From a virus (lineage: Duplodnaviria; Caudoviricetes): DNA of 64,000 nt. The notes below the pieces were generated by a model. The model searched no databases, had not been told where the DNA came from, and saw only the letters and a program-made list of their open reading frames with translations. This document shows, one piece after another, positions 19,785-29,849 of this stretch (its first letter is position 1; every line of letters begins with the position of its first letter). The stretch is taken from the IMG/VR virus record IMGVR_UViG_3300026549_000063, positions 21,643-85,642 of that record. The stretch is one strand, 5' to 3'. A program made the translations under genes and the position numbers.

Positions 19785-21397
19785 TGAAATTTGAAGAAGT
19801 AGACAGCGGCGTATACAGTGAAATGCTGAGCAGCGATATCGAGCAACTTGAAGATACTGAAGTCAAGACCAGCGATCCACAGCTTAAAACCGCATTAGAG
19901 GTTATCATCAATACTACCTTCCGTAACCTTAAACTTAGTGATAATGATCTCAGGCGAATCGATGATCCGCATAAGCGTGCTGCATTCATTGTACAACGTG
20001 TAGCTGATGCATATACTAGAACTAAGAAGAATACTAATCTTCAGCCTTGCTTCGCTATCGTCAACGCTACTACCGATGCTATCGGTGGTCATATCAGTTC
20101 TACTTTCTCTACCCTTAGTGGAGAAGTAGCCAGAGAAGCTGATGCAGTGGAGAAGAAGATAGATGACAAGACAGAGAAAACTGTACAGGATGCGAATAGT
20201 ACCGAAGATACTCTTGGGAAAGGCAAAGACCAGAAGAAACTGGCTCTGAAGAGAGTTAAATGGGATGCCTTACTAAATAGATTTGGTGGTACTGAGGTCA
20301 TCGCCAGCAACCTGAAAGATTACACTAAGATGACTCCTACCTTTAATGTTGATGAAGCTATCGCTATCGGAGATAGTGTTAACAACACTGAAGAGGATAT
20401 TCAGTTAGATAAAGATACTGCTAATGACGTACAGAATCGTGTAGCTGAGAATATCAGTGTTCCTAAGGAACAGGAAGATGAGCTTAAAGAAGCTACTGCC
20501 GATATGTATAAAGTTATCACCAGTAACTACCACATGCACAACTTCATGTACAGCATGTATCTTAAAGATCTTAATAACAGGAAATATGGTAAAGCTATTC
20601 TCAACTTTACCCAGGGCGTAAGAAAATATCTTCCTATCCTTCAAGCTTATAAGAAAACTGAACTTAATGTAAGTGATACCTACTTTAATAAGTTACATAA
20701 GAACATGGATACTGTTCTTATGAATTTCGAGATAGGCGCATACGCTATGGCTTCACTTCGTAAGAAGCTTATGGAGAACAACACCATTCTTCTTGATGAA
20801 GGAGTCGTTAACCCTGATGTCGAATCTCAGGAAGCTGACGAAGGTAAGCCTATCACCGAAGCTGCTATGAGCGTCTATTACGATGGGTTCTGCAACAGCG
20901 ATGATAGTCGTATTCCTACTCTGGGTATTAAGGCATCTGATATACGTCTGTACAAGGATAGAGCTTCCGATATCGTAAAACAGAAAGAGCTTGAGTTCAA
21001 AGCTAATTTAAGTAAGTACCAGAATAAGGCTAAGCAGATTGCTACCGAACAGGAACTTCACGCTTACCTTGAGTCTCTCGATGATAGCTTTGTCCCTAGA
21101 GGATTAACCAGATCTGATTTCGTTAGAGGACACGATAGTAGTACTGTTCAGAAAGTACTGCACAACATGCAGGCCAACTCTGACCAAAATCTACAGAGCC
21201 TTCTCTACGACTTCATCATCGATGTCAAGTATCCCAATAGCAAGCTTAAAACTGTCAACCAGATGTTCAGTGAAGCTGCTGCAGATGTCATGCGTGAACA
21301 TGAAGAAGACGGAGTAGACGAGAAAGACCTTAAGATGGTAGATAGTACTGTCGCTACTAAGCTAGCTGTACAGACTATCAACGATATCATCTTCTAG
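19784..21397 (+). CDS. Hypothetical protein, probably structural
   Basis: 537-aa ORF with RBS GGAGG inside the structural module. Confidence 0.7.
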   Translation: MKFEEVDSGVYSEMLSSDIEQLEDTEVKTSDPQLKTALEVIINTTFRNLKLSDNDLRRIDDPHKRAAFIVQRVADAYTRTKKNTNLQPCFAIVNATTDAIGGHISSTFSTLSGEVAREADAVEKKIDDKTEKTVQDANSTEDTLGKGKDQKKLALKRVKWDALLNRFGGTEVIASNLKDYTKMTPTFNVDEAIAIGDSVNNTEEDIQLDKDTANDVQNRVAENISVPKEQEDELKEATADMYKVITSNYHMHNFMYSMYLKDLNNRKYGKAILNFTQGVRKYLPILQAYKKTELNVSDTYFNKLHKNMDTVLMNFEIGAYAMASLRKKLMENNTILLDEGVVNPDVESQEADEGKPITEAAMSVYYDGFCNSDDSRIPTLGIKASDIRLYKDRASDIVKQKELEFKANLSKYQNKAKQIATEQELHAYLESLDDSFVPRGLTRSDFVRGHDSSTVQKVLHNMQANSDQNLQSLLYDFIIDVKYPNSKLKTVNQMFSEAAADVMREHEEDGVDEKDLKMVDSTVATKLAVQTINDIIF

Positions 21398-21442
21398 GAA
21401 CAGAGGTAGGCGCCAGCCTTTGTTTTTTTTTTGAAAAAACCA

Positions 21443-21476
21443 TAAAAAGCAGGAACTCCCTAAAGGAGTTCCTGCT
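21443..21476 (-). terminator. Intrinsic terminator
   Basis: 12-bp stem AGCAGGAACTCC/GGAGTTCCTGCT with a U-run on the minus strand. Confidence 0.75.
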
Positions 21477-21497
21477 CTATCTAGCTTTTTATTTTTT

Positions 21498-24437
21498 TTA
21501 CGAAGAATAAGTATTCGATGCTAACGTATTAGGAGTAAGAGTAACATAAGTTACATCTATCTGCTTACGTAACGAAAGAATATTATCTTCAGTAAGTACT
21601 AACTGCCTACGAATAGAAGGCTGGCTATCCTCATCAGTTACTACAAAGGTCTGTAGAGCAACATTATCATTGATACCGAGTAAGTCAAAGTGATCAATGT
21701 AGTCGCTTACCTTCTCCTTGACTTTCTCAAAAATATCGAGCATAGAAATAGTCTTACTCTCGATAGCCTCTTCAATGAAGGTGCAGAGCATCTCAGTAAT
21801 CTGATTCTGGATAGATTCATCCTGCTTAACGTAAGATGCAACATAGCACACAATACGGAAGCTGAGTTCAATATTCTGCTTACTAACAGCGCCATCGCCA
21901 ATATTAACATTAGCAGTACCGATAGACTTGACGCATCTAAAGTAAAGCTTGGTACGTTCAAGCAGTTGATCCTGCATGGAAGCAATAGTATTAAAATAAG
22001 CATTAAGCGAAGCATAGATATTACTCTGGAAATCGAGTTCAGCTTGTCTATCAGAGAAGAACATCTTAGCGTCGATAAACATCATCGTGATGAAGTATGT
22101 ATCTACACCAGCCGATACAACTATCGGGTTACCATACGAGTCACGGATAACATCACCGGCCATATGTTCGAATCTAACTTTACCAGTTTCATCGGTAATA
22201 GCTTCACCTACTTCATGTATCTTCTTGGTATACATCTTTCCGTTTACATCAGTATACGTTTTGATGTAACCATTTTCATCTTTCTCGTAAACGTCTTCAG
22301 TATACTTAGCCGGAATATTAGTTTCATATCTGGCATAGGTATTAGCACCTAAAGTAACTTCAACGTTATTGTAAATAACATTATTGATATTAGTTCCAAG
22401 AGTAATAGTGAAGTACTGACGGGATAGACCTATGTATAGCTGTTTATATTGATCGGGTACACCCGTAATGATACTATCGACTGGTTCGGATACATCAGTT
22501 ACTGCCGACCTTGATACCATGTATACTACATGGAAATCGGATACTAAGTTTATCAGATATTCGTAGTTAGTATAAGTATCTTCATCGTTAGTATAAGTAA
22601 TACCAATCTTATTATCTAAAGTAAGATGATAGGTTGTAGGTATCTTAAACTTATAGATAAAGATATTAGTAGCGGGGTTAAATGAAACATATTCACAGGT
22701 AGTTCCAACCCACTTATCGTCAGATTTAACCATCACATATAGCAGAATATCATTTACCGATAAGTTAGTAACATCATCGGACGCAGATACGGATAAAGTT
22801 ACCTCATAGTAGCCGATGTTATCGTGATTGATGGTAGCTGCGTAGGATACAAGTTTATATGTAGTTTCGTAGTTATCCTCAACAAAGATGATCTTATCAA
22901 CTGTAGGAGTCATCAGGTTATAAGTATCAGCTCTAGGATAATTACCATTCATCGATACTCTTACATGATACGGAGATTTAAGATAACCTGCAGTATTAAG
23001 AGTGGTTGCAAGAACATCCTTATCCAGCGAAACTAGTTTATTTAATTCATCATCAACTAACGGAATAGCACAGTTAGCATCTTGATTATATTTGTAAATA
23101 GTAGTAGGCAGAATAGTAACTGACGAATCAGCTGAGCAATTAACTAAAGTAGAATGTTTACCGTCAGTAACATCAGTACCTAATAGCTTCAGAGGTATAG
23201 TAGTAGACGGAACTATAGAGCCAGTACTATCTCTGATTACTTTATAAGCGTAGTAAATACGATCAGTTACATTATCCAGAGACTTATGTACATAGAAACC
23301 ATTATCTTCAAGCATAACGCTGATATCGGCTTCTGAGATAGGAACTCTATCGTACAGAGTATCCTGAATAACTCTCTGTCTCAGAGTAGATACACTAATA
23401 GCATTGGAGCCGCCTGTGATACGATCACCGCTAAGCTGAAGGATGATATCATACGGCATATTCTTAAATATATTAGTAAACGTACTATCAGTTCTAGCAT
23501 TGTTATTATACGTTACACCGATATCTGTATCAAGAAGATTAGAAGTATCGATATCCAGTACACCAACAGTAGTATACACCTCTATCAATAATTTACTTCC
23601 CATCATACCGTTATCGAAGTAAACCTGAGGTATATTCAGAACTAATTTGTTTTTATCCGGATGTATCTGAAGATACAGAGTAGGAACAGTTGCATCATAA
23701 ACTATCTTACTTTGAGTTTGGGCTAACTCTGTATAAGTTCCATTCTTATAATTGAAAACTCTAAGAGCATAGAATTTATCATTATAGTTGATACTCTTAA
23801 CGAATCCAGTAGAAGAAACTATAGTTTCTACAATAGAAGATTTACTAAATTGATATATCGGGAAATCCAATATCAGGTAATCAACACCCATATACTGAAT
23901 CTCGTATTTATCTACGATATTCTTAGATAATACATGAAGAGGATTGGACTCACTAGTATCGTAAGCTACAGTGAATGAACCAGTATAATTATTGATAAGA
24001 ATTTCAATCGGATAATAGATACCGAAATTATACTTAGCCACCAAGAAAGTAGTATCGCTAGGAATAACTAGTTTCTTATAGTTAGCATTGTATTCAACTG
24101 CATTATCCAGTAGAAACTTCTTCGGTAAAAACATACGAAGAGCGCTTCTGGCTGGCGTACTATACATGCGCAGATAATCAAAATCTGACATATGGCCATA
24201 AAGATCTTCCATGCTCTCAGCACGCTTAGGATAAAGAGCTGGAAGCTTAGCATCCATGGCGTTAATCACTTGAGCTGCTATACTTGAACCAAACTCAAGT
24301 AAATGACAGAATGGTGCGTTAGGATCTGCAATGGTAATAGTGCCATTGAGTCTGCTCTCAATTTCATTAAGTGCCTTAGCTGCTATATTAGTTGGGTTTC
24401 GTAAAGTACTGATAAGCAGCGATTTATCGTCAAACAT
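21498..24437 (-). CDS. Baseplate wedge protein (T4 gp6/baseplate-J-like)
   Basis: About 980 aa. N-terminal RNP...IADPNAPF..LLE and the baseplate-J-like GGSNAISVSTLRQR motif. Confidence 0.7.
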   Translation of the reverse strand: MFDDKSLLISTLRNPTNIAAKALNEIESRLNGTITIADPNAPFCHLLEFGSSIAAQVINAMDAKLPALYPKRAESMEDLYGHMSDFDYLRMYSTPARSALRMFLPKKFLLDNAVEYNANYKKLVIPSDTTFLVAKYNFGIYYPIEILINNYTGSFTVAYDTSESNPLHVLSKNIVDKYEIQYMGVDYLILDFPIYQFSKSSIVETIVSSTGFVKSINYNDKFYALRVFNYKNGTYTELAQTQSKIVYDATVPTLYLQIHPDKNKLVLNIPQVYFDNGMMGSKLLIEVYTTVGVLDIDTSNLLDTDIGVTYNNNARTDSTFTNIFKNMPYDIILQLSGDRITGGSNAISVSTLRQRVIQDTLYDRVPISEADISVMLEDNGFYVHKSLDNVTDRIYYAYKVIRDSTGSIVPSTTIPLKLLGTDVTDGKHSTLVNCSADSSVTILPTTIYKYNQDANCAIPLVDDELNKLVSLDKDVLATTLNTAGYLKSPYHVRVSMNGNYPRADTYNLMTPTVDKIIFVEDNYETTYKLVSYAATINHDNIGYYEVTLSVSASDDVTNLSVNDILLYVMVKSDDKWVGTTCEYVSFNPATNIFIYKFKIPTTYHLTLDNKIGITYTNDEDTYTNYEYLINLVSDFHVVYMVSRSAVTDVSEPVDSIITGVPDQYKQLYIGLSRQYFTITLGTNINNVIYNNVEVTLGANTYARYETNIPAKYTEDVYEKDENGYIKTYTDVNGKMYTKKIHEVGEAITDETGKVRFEHMAGDVIRDSYGNPIVVSAGVDTYFITMMFIDAKMFFSDRQAELDFQSNIYASLNAYFNTIASMQDQLLERTKLYFRCVKSIGTANVNIGDGAVSKQNIELSFRIVCYVASYVKQDESIQNQITEMLCTFIEEAIESKTISMLDIFEKVKEKVSDYIDHFDLLGINDNVALQTFVVTDEDSQPSIRRQLVLTEDNILSLRKQIDVTYVTLTPNTLASNTYSS

Positions 24438-24455
24438 AAAAATCAATCTCCCCTA

Positions 24456-25853
24456 TTAAACTCTTCTATATAACTGATTAGCTGCTTCAGAGATATTCTT
24501 CTGTTGTAGAGCTTGAAGTTTAGCAGCAGTTTCAGCAATATCGTTCTTTATCTGATCCATTTCATTAGTCTTAGGAATAAGACGAGGATCTTCTTTCCAT
24601 ACCAGACGAATACCACCTATCGCTCCATCCTCCTCAGCTCCTATAATGTACGGAAGGCCTACAAAGTTCTTGTATACATCGGGACGGGCACGATAAGAAT
24701 CTATATATCCAGATTGATCAGACGATTTAGCGGAATGTCGCTCTTCATCTATATGAGTAGCTCCAGTCATATCTTCTGAAAGCGTAGTCCAGCTTTCAAT
24801 ATTCGGATTGTAACGTTTCATCAGTTCACGAAAATCATAAATGATACCAGGATCATTATACTCTATACAGTTAGCCGTAAACGGTATAGAGAAGTTCTTA
24901 GCTGCTGATATAGTAACCTCGCCCTGATTGATATTAAATATCGATCCTACCGGAGCTGATTTAGGAAAACACCCAGTAGCTTTGCTCCACCAGAGAATAT
25001 TTCTACGGGTATTATCTGTAATGAATCTATAGATAGATACGGTATAGTTTAAGCGTTGTTCGTAAATATCATCAGGATAAGCCATTACCACATTCTTAGC
25101 CTGAAGTGCCATATATAAGCACCAGTAGAAGAGACAGGATAAAATGACTGAGCCCTGTATATCTACAAATTCAAGGGAAAGCTCCTGAGTACGGTTAAAC
25201 AGTTCAGCACCTTTAACAAAGGTCATATCTCCGCTATGGAAATCTTCACCCATAGTGACAGTTTCCATATTGAAATCAGGGTAACCTGAGATACCACGTA
25301 AGCCATTACAGAGCGGAGTAAAGAATGGATTACGAATATCAACTAGCACATTTTTAGAAGCTGCTTCAAATATTGCTTTTTGATCTGGAGTAAGCGTCGC
25401 ATTAGAATCAGCATATGAAAATGGTATATCGCCTCTGGAAATACAAGTGTCAAGCAACATGCGAATAGCAAAAGCTACTGACTTAGGATACTTTGTAGCT
25501 AATAATGACAATACTGGATGCTGCTTAAGGTTACCAGTAGTCATATTCAATCTAGGTCTGGTTATAAAAGTATAGCCATAATTCAGAGTATTGATTGGAA
25601 CATATGCAGTTCCATGGCGATCTAGTTTAGATATGAAATTTTGTATAGAATTGTTATACGCACCATTACCCATAGACTTGGCGGAAGCATCAAGTATCTT
25701 CTCACCAAATTCCTTCACCAGACCTGCATTATGTAGAAAAGTACCAGGTGTACCATACAGCACACCATTTTGTTTATAAGACCAAATATCATCTATATCT
25801 GTAATATTAACACCAGATAATATGTAGTCAGTATCACTGGAACTAGTTGGCAT
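24456..25853 (-). CDS. Tail/baseplate structural protein (tube-like fold)
   Basis: YTFITRPRLN...NYTVSIYRFI...GCFPKSAP..F..N..EYND pattern; co-oriented with the wedge gene. Confidence 0.55.
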   Translation of the reverse strand: MPTSSSDTDYILSGVNITDIDDIWSYKQNGVLYGTPGTFLHNAGLVKEFGEKILDASAKSMGNGAYNNSIQNFISKLDRHGTAYVPINTLNYGYTFITRPRLNMTTGNLKQHPVLSLLATKYPKSVAFAIRMLLDTCISRGDIPFSYADSNATLTPDQKAIFEAASKNVLVDIRNPFFTPLCNGLRGISGYPDFNMETVTMGEDFHSGDMTFVKGAELFNRTQELSLEFVDIQGSVILSCLFYWCLYMALQAKNVVMAYPDDIYEQRLNYTVSIYRFITDNTRRNILWWSKATGCFPKSAPVGSIFNINQGEVTISAAKNFSIPFTANCIEYNDPGIIYDFRELMKRYNPNIESWTTLSEDMTGATHIDEERHSAKSSDQSGYIDSYRARPDVYKNFVGLPYIIGAEEDGAIGGIRLVWKEDPRLIPKTNEMDQIKNDIAETAAKLQALQQKNISEAANQLYRRV

Positions 25854-25967
25854 ACTGATGTCTCCTTATCTAAAAGTCATAACATATGATTTTCGGGTAA
25901 TCAAAATATCATTCCGTATTTTTTTACATAGCAACATATATATTTTGAGACAGTTGACTGCATCTCT

Positions 25968-26027
25968 TTAGGTACGTACAGCAATCTTAATATTTCAAGC
26001 TTCCTACGCTAAAAGAAACGTATCTAG
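25968..26027 (+). ncRNA. Candidate structured RNA unit A (ACAGCA motif)
   Basis: Terminal stem TAGGTACGT/ACGTATCTA; loop begins ACAGCAA; internal TTTCAAG; ends TCTAG. Confidence 0.55.
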
Positions 26028-26051
26028 TCTTACCTCAATGTAGTCAGCTAA

Positions 26052-26161
26052 TAGGCACGAACAGCATCTTTCAAGTTAACTAGCAGAATAGGGAGGCTCC
26101 GCTTGCTTACGCGCGTGGGCAGGACCTCCTCGGAGCTGTCCCTTGATAAAACTGTGTCTAG
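26052..26161 (+). ncRNA. Candidate structured RNA unit B (ACAGCA motif)
   Basis: Terminal stem TAGGCAC/GTGTCTA, then ACAGCA, inner TCAAG/CTTGA stem and nested GC-rich hairpins; ends TCTAG. Confidence 0.6.
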
Positions 26162-26168
26162 CATCTCA

Positions 26169-26212
26169 ACATACGCTCTAGCAATAGAGCGTATGTCTCT
26201 CATTTATTTTTT
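26169..26212 (+). terminator. Terminator-like hairpin between the RNA units and the vWA gene
   Basis: 12-bp stem ACATACGCTCTA/TAGAGCGTATGT with a GCAA tetraloop and a U-rich tail after a short spacer. Confidence 0.65.
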
Positions 26213-26228
26213 GTTAGGAGACAAAATT

Positions 26229-27830
26229 ATGTTTGCAATAAAAACACTCAACGATAAGGGTGGCATCGGTTACGAGTCAACTGGTTCTAATCTACTGGAT
26301 CTGTTTACTGATATTGGTAACTCCAGAGAGCATCTCATCCCTAGAGTAATCACTAACATCGACAACATCTGCAACTCAGCCGGAGATAATGATCATCTTT
26401 ACGCCATGGTTGCTGTTCTGCTGGCGTACATGAGAGATCGTATTAACGGCTGTGGGCACAGAGCTTCTTTCTATCAGGCATTCACCTATTTTCTTACCAG
26501 ACTGGCTGAAAATAAAGGTTTCTATTACGCCAACGGTTTGATTACTCAGCTGCTTAAGGTAATGGTAGACGAGTATGGCAGATACGATGATCTTTTCGAA
26601 TTAGTAGAAGCCGCTAATGAGATCCGTAAAAGCAGTACCTCTATGAGTGCTTCTTACAAAGCTACTCTGCTAACCGGAATCATTTACGAATACGCTTACA
26701 GTGTCATGAACAAAGACATTGAAAGCGATAAAGTATCATTACTTGGCAAATGGTTGCCAAGTATCAATACTTCTTCTAAGCGTACTCGCAAGATGGCACA
26801 GGATTTTCTTAAGTGGATAAGTGCTAAGCATAAGAAGATATCTCCATCGGCTTACCGTAAGATTTGCAGTAAGCTTAGAAAAAAGATCAACATCGTTGAG
26901 CACGATCTCATGCAGAGAACCTATGAGGATATAGACTACTCCAAAGTTCCTTCTCTAGCTCTTCTTAAATACAAGAAAGCCTGGATAAGGAACGATGAAG
27001 AACGTTATCGAAAATATCTAGAGGATGTAGCTTCTGGTAAGAAGACTATACATACTGACACGGTTACTGTGGTCAACCTAATCAAAGCTTTAGAAACATG
27101 CAAGCCTTATCAGCAGTTAGATGAAGATACCAGTGCCACTGTTGATCTAATGTGGGCTAATCTTAAGAAGCATCCTACTAAGTATCTGGTATGCCGTGAT
27201 GGTTCCGGCAGTATGTACTGTAAAAATGAATACAGTAGTGTACGTCCTATAGATGTAGCAGATGCCCTTACGCTGTATTGTGCTGAAAATAACTCTGCGT
27301 ATAAAGACCTCTTTATCACCTTCGGTGAGGATGTTCAGGTAGTTAGACTACATGGTGAAAAATTTAGCGATCGGGTAAATGAACTTCGTCGATACGACGA
27401 TTGCCGTACTACTAATTTCGCTAAAGTATTCGCTGCTATTCTCAGTTACGCTGAGGAAAATCATCTTACTCAGGATCAGTTACCTGAAGGTATCATTGTT
27501 ATCAGCGATATGCAATTTGATTCCGCATTTAACAATACCAATGCTTCTGTTTTTCAGAGCATCAAGAGACATTTCGAACGTAGTGGGTACACTATTCCGA
27601 AGCTTATCTTCTGGTGCGTAACTGGCAAAAAAGCTTTACCTATTTGCAACGACGATACCGGAGTTACTATGCTTTCTGGCTGGAATCAGAATCTAATTCA
27701 GTATTTCGTATACGGAGAGGATATCACTCCTACTGCTATCGTTAAGTCGGTACTTAACAGCGAGAGGTACATACCTATCCTGCAGGTATTCGAACAAGCC
27801 AGGCTTGCGCAAAATATGCTAAGGTCCTGA
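26229..27830 (+). CDS. DUF2828-type TROVE-like/vWA domain protein (Ro60-related architecture)
   Basis: ATG 26229 after AGGAG. Helical N-half with LLGKWLPS and KVPSLALLKYKKAW; vWA MIDAS DGSGSM, FITF, TNF..VF, ISDMQFD, LIFW. Confidence 0.85.
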   Translation: MFAIKTLNDKGGIGYESTGSNLLDLFTDIGNSREHLIPRVITNIDNICNSAGDNDHLYAMVAVLLAYMRDRINGCGHRASFYQAFTYFLTRLAENKGFYYANGLITQLLKVMVDEYGRYDDLFELVEAANEIRKSSTSMSASYKATLLTGIIYEYAYSVMNKDIESDKVSLLGKWLPSINTSSKRTRKMAQDFLKWISAKHKKISPSAYRKICSKLRKKINIVEHDLMQRTYEDIDYSKVPSLALLKYKKAWIRNDEERYRKYLEDVASGKKTIHTDTVTVVNLIKALETCKPYQQLDEDTSATVDLMWANLKKHPTKYLVCRDGSGSMYCKNEYSSVRPIDVADALTLYCAENNSAYKDLFITFGEDVQVVRLHGEKFSDRVNELRRYDDCRTTNFAKVFAAILSYAEENHLTQDQLPEGIIVISDMQFDSAFNNTNASVFQSIKRHFERSGYTIPKLIFWCVTGKKALPICNDDTGVTMLSGWNQNLIQYFVYGEDITPTAIVKSVLNSERYIPILQVFEQARLAQNMLRS

Positions 27831-27854
27831 TAAATAATGGCCTCACTTACAGAG

Positions 27855-27881
27855 TTCACTAACTTTTCACGTATATATTAC
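27855..27881 (+). promoter_or_regulatory. Putative early (virion RNAP) promoter
   Basis: TTCAC-N12-TATATATTAC; core matches the phiKZ early motif TATATTAC. Confidence 0.7.
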
Positions 27882-27962
27882 TAAGGTGAGAAGGAGTTAC
27901 ATCTATGTAACTTCGTGAACAAAGTGAGGCTCGTTATAAACATCTGTTTGGAGACGCTCGTT

Positions 27963-28154
27963 ATGGAAAATAATAAAAATAATAGTAAACTTAATACAAA
28001 AGAAGAACAGTCGAAAGATACCCCGGTAAGTATCGGCGATCTAAGTAAAATGCATCCTTACGATGACTGGAATAAAAGTATTTATCAGCACACCATTTTG
28101 GCTGTCAAAAAGTTTATCAAAAACATCTTTACCAATTCTAATAATAATAAATAA
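27963..28154 (+). CDS. Small hypothetical early protein
   Basis: GGAG RBS, downstream of an early promoter. Confidence 0.55.
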   Translation: MENNKNNSKLNTKEEQSKDTPVSIGDLSKMHPYDDWNKSIYQHTILAVKKFIKNIFTNSNNNK

Positions 28155-28220
28155 ATCCCATAATTCTCCCTTGAAATTTTGAGCCCGACTACTTAGGTAG
28201 TTCGGACTCTTTTTACAAAA

Positions 28221-28260
28221 CTCATTATTTTTTTGTTTATATATCATTTAAGTGCAAAGG
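28221..28260 (+). promoter_or_regulatory. Putative early promoter
   Basis: CTCAT-N12-TATATATCAT-TTAAGTGCAAAGG; 24 bp identical to the copy at 39037. Confidence 0.7.
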
Positions 28261-28323
28261 TTGAGCTAGGATGATCTAGCTCAGATGTTTAACAATTTAG
28301 GCTAAATGCCTAAGGAGAACAAT

Positions 28324-29118
28324 ATGAAAAGAGTATGGAACCAATTCCCCTGTATCGTTGCAGTACCCAGTGTAAGAACTTTCTTCTCAAAGCATCCTGA
28401 GCTCAAAGAAAAGTATCCTCAGATTAAGGATCGCTGTCCTTGCCTGCCCAACGATAGGGCTACAGATTTCTACATCTCTGTAGACGGACAGAATTACTAC
28501 TTTGTCGAAGTATGGACTAATGAGACCCATCAGAGAGCGGAGGTTTCTCCGGAGCTGGCTAGAGAACTTGCCAAGCACGCTCTTCCTATCCTGGAAAAGC
28601 AGGGAGAACTTCAGTTATGCCGCTGGCATGATAGCGAAACTGTTCACTTCAGAATCGAGCCAGTAAACTACATGCACACTCGACGGAGTCTTCGTATTAA
28701 GCAGAACCTTTATTGGCGATGCTTTGGAGAAGCGTGCAAGGTTCAGATTCTCGACTACGGCGAAAAAAGGAAGCCTGCACCGCTGAGCCAGTACGACAAG
28801 TACTGCATCCGTCTCGAGAAGAAGCGCGAAAGATTAAGCGCTCAGTCTCTCAAGAGAGATATCAGGCGTGTTACTAATAACAGCCCGGAATGGATTGTAA
28901 AGACCTTTACAATCGGAGGAGATGTAAAGGCAATCATTCACCGGGAGAATGGGAAATGGATAGAAAGGAGATGTACCGGTATTGCTGGTAAGAAGGAAGA
29001 AGTTTTGAAAGACTATCCTCTCTCCCTTACTAGGAAGGAGGTACTCAAGTGTCTCCGCCAGTACAAAGCTGAAGGCTATCGTATTTTCAGAAATGAAAAG
29101 TATGTAGACCGCATCTAA
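28324..29118 (+). CDS. Hypothetical early protein
   Basis: ATG after AAGGAG; basic protein, no recognised motif. Confidence 0.75.
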   Translation: MKRVWNQFPCIVAVPSVRTFFSKHPELKEKYPQIKDRCPCLPNDRATDFYISVDGQNYYFVEVWTNETHQRAEVSPELARELAKHALPILEKQGELQLCRWHDSETVHFRIEPVNYMHTRRSLRIKQNLYWRCFGEACKVQILDYGEKRKPAPLSQYDKYCIRLEKKRERLSAQSLKRDIRRVTNNSPEWIVKTFTIGGDVKAIIHRENGKWIERRCTGIAGKKEEVLKDYPLSLTRKEVLKCLRQYKAEGYRIFRNEKYVDRI

Positions 29119-29137
29119 CCAGATCTCAGATGTCAGG

Positions 29138-29208
29138 CTAGCGGAATTTAATTCCGCTAGTTTATTTTACAGTCTCAGCTGTTAACAGCTGAGACTGTTT
29201 TTTTTTTC
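29138..29208 (+). terminator. Tandem terminators
   Basis: CTAGCGGAAT/ATTCCGCTAG hairpin, then a perfect 30-bp palindrome (29169-29198) with a T-run. Confidence 0.75.
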
Positions 29209-29264
29209 GATACATGTTTATTTTAGTTATATCTTATATGAATTCACAAAGGAGATATGAGCAA

Positions 29265-29795
29265 ATGATTAACGTAGCTGGTATAGTTCACAACGATTTA
29301 GCTAATGGCCCTGGAATAAGATGTACTGTTTTTGTTCAGGGCTGCAGACATCATTGCAAAGGCTGTCATAACCCAGAAACGTGGAAACGTGGTGTTGGAA
29401 AAGATATGACTGCTGACGATATCTTTCAGGAAATAACCAACAATAAACTTGATACTGGAGTAACTATCTCTGGTGGCGAACCAGTAGATCAGTATAAAGA
29501 ACTTCTTCCATTGATAGAGAAACTAAAGCGTGTTAACTACGGCTTAATGCTCTATACCGGTTATACTGCAGAAGAGTTGGAGCAATTTGCTAATCGTTCT
29601 ATTGACTTTGTAAATTTTTTACGCCCATTCGAATATATCGTCTGTGACCCGTTTATTCTGAAAGAACGTGATCTAACCTTGAAGTTCAGAGGCAGTCGTA
29701 ATCAAAGAATCGTAACGACTGAGTATCTGGGCAACACTGCACCTTATCTTAGATTCATCAACATAACTCAGAAATTTGACGAAGAACAAGGCTAA
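29265..29795 (+). CDS. nrdG: Anaerobic ribonucleotide reductase activase (radical SAM)
   Basis: NGPGIRCTVFVQGCRHHCKGCHNPETW (CxxxCxxC), GVTISGGEP, FRGSRNQRI. Confidence 0.95.
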   Translation: MINVAGIVHNDLANGPGIRCTVFVQGCRHHCKGCHNPETWKRGVGKDMTADDIFQEITNNKLDTGVTISGGEPVDQYKELLPLIEKLKRVNYGLMLYTGYTAEELEQFANRSIDFVNFLRPFEYIVCDPFILKERDLTLKFRGSRNQRIVTTEYLGNTAPYLRFINITQKFDEEQG

Positions 29796-29849
29796 AAATT
29801 AGGCAATGCTATAGTTCAATTCATAACAAGTAAGTATTGGAGGTGCTGT

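Noticed and set aside
19493-25920. A phiKZ-type late TATG promoter consensus upstream of structural genes
   Set aside because: TATG/CATG occurs but without consistent spacing or context; not distinguishable from chance by eye.
26103-26228. N-terminal extension of the vWA ORF from the TTG in the track
   Set aside because: It overlaps the structured RNA and terminator; ATG 26229 has a good AGGAG RBS.
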